A DNA stretch of 64,000 nt from an uncultured Muribaculaceae bacterium (GTDB taxonomy: Bacteria > Bacillota_I > Bacilli_A > RF39 > UBA660), in NCBI GenBank assembly GCA_964370545.1, contig CAYJJQ010000001.1, positions 133,560 through 197,559 on the forward strand, given 5' to 3'. The position numbers and the translations under genes are program-made. Each line of letters opens with the position of its first letter. Position 1 is the first letter of the stretch. Below are positions 57,971 to 64,000 of this stretch, piece after piece. Below the pieces are notes generated by a model, which did not search any database, was not told the DNA's origin, and worked only from the letters and a program-made list of their open reading frames with translations.

Positions 57971-59524
57971 ATGGATAATATTTTATTAACTATTTTGACT
58001 CTAATTCTTGGATTGGCACTAGGTGTATTTGTTTCATGGTTGATAAATTACCTAAGAAATGCTAATACTGAAAAAACAGCGAATAAAATAATTGAAAATG
58101 CTAAAAGAGAAGCTGACAAAAATAAAAGAGATAGCCTTTTAGAAATTAAGGAAGAATCTTACAAATTAAAACAGCAAGTTGATGCTGAAGTAAAAGAGAA
58201 AAAAGCTGAAGTTTTAGCAGCTGAAGATAGACTTTTAACAAGAGAAACTAATTTAGACAAAAGAGAAGAAATGCTTCATAATAGGGATAAGTCTCTTGAA
58301 GAAAAAGAACAAGGTTTATTAGCTAGACAAGCAGTAATGCAAGAAAAAGAGGAAAAAATAGAAAAGTTACTTAAAGAAGAAGTAGCTGCGCTAGAAAAAG
58401 TATCTGGATTAAGTAAAGAAAAAGCAAAAGATAAAATCATGGAAATAGTGGAAAAAAACATTGCTTTAGAAATTGCAGATTACATTAAAACAGAAGAAAG
58501 TAAAGCTAAAGTTGAAGCTAACGAAAAAGCTAAACAATTAATTGTTAGTAGTATGGAAAGATATTCTGATGATGTTGTAGGAGTACAAACAGTTTCAACA
58601 ATAGATTTACCTAATGATGATATGAAAGGTAGATTGATTGGTAGAGAGGGTAGAAATATCCGTACTATTGAATCAATCACTGGTGTTGATTTAATTATAG
58701 ATGATACGCCTGAAGCTATTGTAATTTCGTCTTTTGATCCACTTAGAAGAGAAATTGCTAAAATTACAATTGAAACATTAATTAAAGATGGAAGAATACA
58801 TCCATCTAGAATTGAAGAAGTATATGAAAAAGTATCAAATGATATTAATTCAAAAATTACTGAAATTGGAAACAAAACAATTAATGATTTAGGTTTAACT
58901 AAAATTGATTCTGAAATTATTACATTAATAGGAAAACTTAATTTTAGAACTAGTTATGGTCAAAATGCATTAAAACACTCTATAGAAGTGGCTAACTTAA
59001 CTGGATTAATGGCAGCTGAACTTGGAGAAAATGTACTTCTTGCTAAAAGAGCAGGTTTATTACATGATATTGGTAAAGCAATAGATTTTGAAATTGAAGG
59101 ATCACATGTTACTATTGGAGCAGATGTAGCTAGAAAACATAAAGAAAATGATATAGTAGTAAATTCAATTCTTTCTCATCATGGAGATGAAGATGCTAAA
59201 AGTGTTATTGCAACATTAGTGGCGATAGCAGATACACTTTCTGCAGCAAGACCAGGAGCAAGAAATGATTCTTTAGATAATTATATAAAAAGATTAGAAC
59301 AACTTGAAGAAATAGGTAATTCCTACGAAGGTGTTGAAAAAACCTATGCAATGCAAGCTGGAAGAGAAGTTCGTGTAATGGTTAAACCAGGAGAAATAGA
59401 TGATGCTAATAGTTATAAAATAGCAAGGGAAATGAAAGAACGTATTGAAAATGAAATGCAATATCCTGGAACTATAAAAATAACTGTAATTAGAGAAACA
59501 AGAGCTTTAGAAGAAGCAAAATAA
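57971..59524 (+). CDS. rny: ribonuclease Y
   Basis: N-terminal TM helix, coiled coil, KH domain (GRLIGREGRNIRTIE) and HD domain (LLHDIGKA ... HHGD). recA-rny order as in Bacillus. Confidence 0.95.
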   Translation: MDNILLTILTLILGLALGVFVSWLINYLRNANTEKTANKIIENAKREADKNKRDSLLEIKEESYKLKQQVDAEVKEKKAEVLAAEDRLLTRETNLDKREEMLHNRDKSLEEKEQGLLARQAVMQEKEEKIEKLLKEEVAALEKVSGLSKEKAKDKIMEIVEKNIALEIADYIKTEESKAKVEANEKAKQLIVSSMERYSDDVVGVQTVSTIDLPNDDMKGRLIGREGRNIRTIESITGVDLIIDDTPEAIVISSFDPLRREIAKITIETLIKDGRIHPSRIEEVYEKVSNDINSKITEIGNKTINDLGLTKIDSEIITLIGKLNFRTSYGQNALKHSIEVANLTGLMAAELGENVLLAKRAGLLHDIGKAIDFEIEGSHVTIGADVARKHKENDIVVNSILSHHGDEDAKSVIATLVAIADTLSAARPGARNDSLDNYIKRLEQLEEIGNSYEGVEKTYAMQAGREVRVMVKPGEIDDANSYKIAREMKERIENEMQYPGTIKITVIRETRALEEAK

Positions 59525-59547
59525 TTGTTGGTAACAACAATTTTTTT
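59524..59547 (+). terminator. intrinsic terminator after rny
   Basis: attgttg-gtaa-caacaat followed by T7. Confidence 0.75.
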
Positions 59548-59602
59548 GTTGTCTAATTTATAATAAAAAGATATAATATTATTAAGTTTTACAGGAGGAT
59601 TT

Positions 59603-60898
59603 ATGGTTACAATAGTGATGGGGTTACAATATGGTGATGAAGGAAAAAGTAGAGTAATAAGTAAATTAGCAAAAAAGTATGATTTAGTAATAAGGTCAAC
59701 AGGGGAATTAAATTTACATGCTGATGCAAAACATGAATTAAAATTATTACCTAAATCAATATTGGATAGAGATATTAAATCAATTATTTCTCCAGGAGTT
59801 ATAATTAATTTAGAGATTTTAAATAAAGAAATAATTGCTTTAAGAGATGTAGGAGTTAAATTAAATGGTAGATTATTTATTTCTGAAAAAGCACATATAA
59901 TTCTTCCTCATTATGCAAAATTAGATGCAATAAGAGATGAACTTAAGAATAATCCTAGAACAATAAATAATTTAGGAATATCATCTGCATTTGCACATAA
60001 AGTTCAAGGTGTTGGATTTACAGTAGAAGATCTTTTAGGAAATAATAATGATATTCATTCTAAAATTATAGAAAATATTAATAGCTCTTTTGCTATGATA
60101 AAAAGATTTGATATAGATATTGATGTAAAAGATTTTATTGATCCGATTGATGTTTTTGAGTGGATAATTAAACAAAAAAAATTAATAATGCCTTATATAG
60201 CGAATACTCAACATATAATAAATAATTCTTTGATTTCAGGTGAAAATATTATTATTGAAGGAATGGGTCCAACTGGATTTGATATTGATCATGGTAATTA
60301 TCCTGAAGTTTCATCTTCAAGTCATAATGCTAGTGGAAGTGCAGCCGGTGCTGGAATAGGACCAACATATATTGACGAAGTAGTAGGTGTGATTAAAGCT
60401 TATACCTCTAGACCAGATAATGGACCTTTTATAACGGAATTAAATAATAGTGTTGGTAATACACTAAAAAAATCAAATGAAGTTTCTAATGCTACATCAA
60501 TTAGATGTGGTTGGTTAGATTTAGTTCAAATAAATCAATTTAAATATATTAATGGAGTTACAAGTTTATGTATAAATCATTTAGATGTAGTAGGTAAACT
60601 TGATGAAATTAAAATATGTGTGGCATATAAAAATAAAAAAACTGGCGAAATAATAACTGCTATTCCAAATAATTTTTCTAAAGAATTTAAAAATTATGAA
60701 CCAGTATATAAAACTTTTTCAGGAAATTTTGATGTTAAAGATTGTCAAAAGTTTGCAGAATTACCTGCATCAGCTCAAAAATATATAAACTTCATTAGTG
60801 AATATACAGGCCTTAAAATAAATTATATTGGTACAGGCGAGATGATGAAAGATACTATTGAAATAAAAGGTAAATCAAGAATTATCACAAAAAAATAA
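59603..60898 (+). CDS. adenylosuccinate synthetase homolog with divergent active-site signatures
   Basis: 431 aa, colinear with PurA: GLQYGDEGKSR, FISEKAHIILPHY, FDIDHGNYPEVSSS, VGVIKAYTSR, RCGWLD and KICVAYK. Several canonical motifs are altered (see findings). Confidence 0.8.
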   Translation: MVTIVMGLQYGDEGKSRVISKLAKKYDLVIRSTGELNLHADAKHELKLLPKSILDRDIKSIISPGVIINLEILNKEIIALRDVGVKLNGRLFISEKAHIILPHYAKLDAIRDELKNNPRTINNLGISSAFAHKVQGVGFTVEDLLGNNNDIHSKIIENINSSFAMIKRFDIDIDVKDFIDPIDVFEWIIKQKKLIMPYIANTQHIINNSLISGENIIIEGMGPTGFDIDHGNYPEVSSSSHNASGSAAGAGIGPTYIDEVVGVIKAYTSRPDNGPFITELNNSVGNTLKKSNEVSNATSIRCGWLDLVQINQFKYINGVTSLCINHLDVVGKLDEIKICVAYKNKKTGEIITAIPNNFSKEFKNYEPVYKTFSGNFDVKDCQKFAELPASAQKYINFISEYTGLKINYIGTGEMMKDTIEIKGKSRIITKK

Positions 60899-60918
60899 GA
60901 AACGTATAAACGTTTCTT

Positions 60919-62583
60919 TTATTTTACTTCCATAATTACTGGTAGTATTATAGGATGTCTTCCGGTTAATCCATTTATGAATGGTAATAACTCTAAAATA
61001 ATTTGATTCTTAAGATCTAAATAGTTATAATCATTTTTATCAAAAAAATCATTTACAATAGAACTGATTTTTTCTTCTATTTTTTTCATAAGTTCTAAGT
61101 TTTCATTAACTAATACAAATCCTCTAGCAGTTACATTAGGCTTCAGTAATAATTTTTTTCTATTAATATCAATATTAAGTATAGATATTAATATTCCATC
61201 TTGACTCATAAGTTTACGATCTTTAATAACTACACTACCAATGTCTCCAATTCTTGAACCGTCAACATAAATATCTCCTGCCTGAATTTTACCACCTCTA
61301 GAAACAACTCCATCTTTTAATTCAACAACATCACCATTAGAACAGATAAATATATTATTTTCATCTACTCCACAAAGTTTAGCAATTTCACCATGTGCTT
61401 TAAGCATACGATATTCACCATGCATTGGCATAAAATATTTTGGTTTTGTTATTCTAAACATCCATTTTAATTCTTCTTCTTTAGCATGTCCAGATGTATG
61501 TATATCTGAAAATTCGGAATTAGTAAATACACGTACACCTTTTAAATAAAGCTTATTTATAATTCGATTTATACTAGCTGAATTTCCAGGTATTGGACTA
61601 GAAGAAAATACTACTAGATCGTCTGGAATTAAAGAAATTTGTTTATGAACCCCATTAGCTATTCTTGATAATGCAGCCAGTGGTTCACCTTGAGATCCGG
61701 TACATAATATACAGATTTCATTTTTCTTAAGGTGTTTAGCTTCATTTGCATTAATAAACATTGATCTATCTTCTATTGTTCCATTTTGTAAAGATAGTTC
61801 AATATTGTTTTCCATACTTCTTCCGAATACAACAATTTTTCTACCATGTTTTTTACAAGTTTCTACTATGTGTTTAACTCTAAATAGATTTGATGCAAAG
61901 GTAGCAATAATTACTCTTCCTAAATGTTTACCAATTATATCATTTAAAGTTTCATCTACATTACTTTCACTCTTAGAAAATCCTTTAGATAATGCATTAG
62001 TAGAATCACTTATTAATAGATCAACGCCTTTGCTACCAGCTTCAGCCATCTTATGAATATCTGCCATTGGCCCTACAGGAGTTAAATCAAATTTAAAATC
62101 TCCAGTTTCGAATATAGTTCCATTAGGAGTTTTAATTACTAAAGCAAATGAATCTGGAATAGAGTGAGTAGTATTAATAAAATCAATTTTAAAATGCTTA
62201 GTTTCAATAATACTTTCTTCATTTATAAGTTCAAAATTGTCATATTTTATTAATCTTTCATCTATTTTCTTTTTCATTAAGTCTATAGCAATTCTTGGAG
62301 CCCATATAACGGGAACCTTAATTGTATTAAGTAAAAAAGGTACACCACCAATATGGTCTTCATGTCCATGAGTTATTACTAATCCTTTTATTTTACTTTC
62401 ATTTTTCTTTAAATATGTAATATCTTGTATTACATAATCAATTCCTAATAAATCATCTTCTGGAAACATAACTCCAGCATCAATTATTATTATTTCTTCT
62501 TCGTGAGTTAAAACATACATGTTTTTACCAACTTCACCAAGTCCTCCTAAAGCTACAATAGTAGTAGCACTATTATTTTTCAT
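60919..62583 (-). CDS. rnj: ribonuclease J (canonical, J1-like)
   Basis: 554 aa. Intact motifs ITHGHEDHIGG, THSIPDS, TGDFKFD, HTSGHAKEEEL and MPMHGEYRM. C-terminal domain present. Confidence 0.95.
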   Translation of the reverse strand: MKNNSATTIVALGGLGEVGKNMYVLTHEEEIIIIDAGVMFPEDDLLGIDYVIQDITYLKKNESKIKGLVITHGHEDHIGGVPFLLNTIKVPVIWAPRIAIDLMKKKIDERLIKYDNFELINEESIIETKHFKIDFINTTHSIPDSFALVIKTPNGTIFETGDFKFDLTPVGPMADIHKMAEAGSKGVDLLISDSTNALSKGFSKSESNVDETLNDIIGKHLGRVIIATFASNLFRVKHIVETCKKHGRKIVVFGRSMENNIELSLQNGTIEDRSMFINANEAKHLKKNEICILCTGSQGEPLAALSRIANGVHKQISLIPDDLVVFSSSPIPGNSASINRIINKLYLKGVRVFTNSEFSDIHTSGHAKEEELKWMFRITKPKYFMPMHGEYRMLKAHGEIAKLCGVDENNIFICSNGDVVELKDGVVSRGGKIQAGDIYVDGSRIGDIGSVVIKDRKLMSQDGILISILNIDINRKKLLLKPNVTARGFVLVNENLELMKKIEEKISSIVNDFFDKNDYNYLDLKNQIILELLPFINGLTGRHPIILPVIMEVK

Positions 62584-62693
62584 TTATATTCCTTCTTTCT
62601 TTTTATAAAGTTAATTGCTTTAAGCATTATACCATAAAACTGGTAATTTGTCTATTTCCTTTGATTATGATATACTGAAATTGGTGATTATAT

Positions 62694-63092
62694 ATGAAAG
62701 TATTAAGTCTTAAAGAACCATATGCTTCACTGATAAAAGAAGGTATAAAATTAGTTGAAACCAGAAGTTGGAAAACCAACTATCGTGGTGAAATTTATAT
62801 ACATGCAAGTTTAACTAAAGAAAAAACAAATCATAAACATGATGATTTCTTTAAACTAACTGAAAACTTAAATAAAAATCCAGGATATATATTATGTAAA
62901 GTTAATTTAGTTGATTGTATTTTAATGGATGAGAGTTTTATTGAAAATCTAAAAAACAATAATAATAAAGAATATTTATGTGGTAGTTATGAAATAGGTA
63001 GATATGCTTGGGTTTTAGAAAATATAGAAGTCATTAAACCAATAAAAGCAAAAGGACAACTTGGTATATGGAATTTCAATGAAAATATTTGA
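62694..63092 (+). CDS. ASCH (PUA-like) domain protein
   Basis: MKVLSLKEPYASLIKEGIKLVETRSW...GEIYIHAS is a typical ASCH N-terminal pattern. 132 aa. TGA stop. Confidence 0.7.
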   Translation: MKVLSLKEPYASLIKEGIKLVETRSWKTNYRGEIYIHASLTKEKTNHKHDDFFKLTENLNKNPGYILCKVNLVDCILMDESFIENLKNNNNKEYLCGSYEIGRYAWVLENIEVIKPIKAKGQLGIWNFNENI

Positions 63093-63133
63093 TATTAATA
63101 GGGATATAATTTATAATAGAAAAAGGTGATATA

Positions 63134-64000
63134 AATGGGAATATTTGATAAAATAAAAAATTTTATAAGTAAAAAAGAAACAAAAGAAGAAAAAGAAGAA
63201 TTAAAAGTATATGAAAAAGGATTAGAAAAAACCAGAGAAGAGTTTTCAAATAAATTAGTAAGTTTATCAAAAAGTCATAAAAAAGTAACTGAAGAATATT
63301 TTGAAGAACTTGAAAACATTTTGATAATGGCTGATATAGGGGTAAATACTGTCATGGATTTTTTAGATCAACTAAGGTCTAGAGTAAAAAAAGAAAAAAT
63401 TTCTAACTCAGAAGATTTAAAAGAAATAATAGTAGATGAATTATTTATAATATATGTTAATAATGAAAGTTTAACAGATAAAATGAATATACAAGAAAAT
63501 GAACCAACTGTAATTTTAGTAGTAGGAGTTAATGGAGTTGGAAAAACAACTACAATAGCTAAACTTGCACATAAATATCAAAAAGAAAACAAAAAAGTTT
63601 TACTCATTGCTGGAGACACATTCAGAGCAGGTGCAACAGAGCAACTTAAAGTATGGGCGCAAAGAACGAATAGTTTATTTTATGGAAAAGAAAATTCTGA
63701 TCCAGCTAGTGTAGTGTTTGATGGTTTAAAATATGGTAAAAAGGAAAATGCAGATATTATTTTAATAGATACAGCTGGAAGACTTCAAAATAAAGTTAAC
63801 TTAATGAAGGAATTAGAAAAGATAAATAAAATCATAGGTAGAGAAATAGCAAGTGCACCTCATGAAACTTTATTAATAGTAGATGCATCAACTGGTCAAA
63901 ATGGTATTATGCAAGCAGAAAGTTTTAAAGAAATTACTAACGTTAGTGGCCTAGTCTTAACTAAATTAGATGGTACTGCAAAAGGTGGAATAGTTTTAGC
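63134..64000 (+). CDS. ftsY: signal recognition particle receptor FtsY (3' end beyond window)
   Basis: My translation of the frame from ATG 63134 (after aaaggtg) is open to the window end. NG domain motifs GVNGVGKTTTIAKLA, DTFRAGA, DTAGRL and TKLDGTAKGG. Confidence 0.9.

Noticed and set aside
59525-59602. Purine riboswitch or T-box leader upstream of the PurA-like gene
   Set aside because: The 78-nt intergenic region holds only the rny terminator and an AT-rich promoter-like stretch. It is too short and lacks the conserved purine-riboswitch junction sequences.

Overview
Very AT-rich chromosomal segment from a low-GC Gram-positive bacterium (Bacillota). Most genes are on the + strand. The backbone is conserved housekeeping with Bacilli/Erysipelotrichia-type content and synteny: dacB-spmA-spmB, rluB, yunB-yutD-yutH-like-nfu, sufB, ssb, scpA-scpB, cca-dnaD-nth, recU-ponA, gpsB-rnpB, rodZ-pgsA, rpoZ, dnaB-dnaI, recA-rny, two RNase J paralogs and a partial ftsY. 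Anaerobe markers are present (ferredoxin, desulfoferrodoxin, phosphoketolase). So are sporulation genes (spmAB, yunB, CotS/YutH-like, CotD-like). An amino-acid ABC transporter is fused to an arginine deiminase operon (arcA-arcB-arcD type, no arcC in the window). I can fold 11 tRNA genes by hand, all with encoded CCA: Ser-fMet-Asp-Phe, Leu, Thr, Asn, His, Met, Leu, Ala. There is also a type-B RNase P RNA. Between these blocks lie many lineage-specific orphan genes, mostly single-pass membrane-anchored. Five loci deserve a second look. (1) Next to tRNA-His is a tandem array of three single-gene modules sharing promoter, terminator and about 90-bp boundary repeats, and the last repeat copy runs into the tRNA 3' end. 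(2) An RNase J2-like paralog has degenerate metal-ligand motifs and one in-frame TGA. (3) A self-contained 3-gene operon is headed by a stand-alone Clp D1-type AAA+ ATPase without a pore-loop Tyr. (4) A full-length PurA homolog has most substrate-binding signatures altered. (5) A protein carries a 90-bp tandem-repeat proline-rich region. I saw no CRISPR array, transposase, integrase or prophage block.
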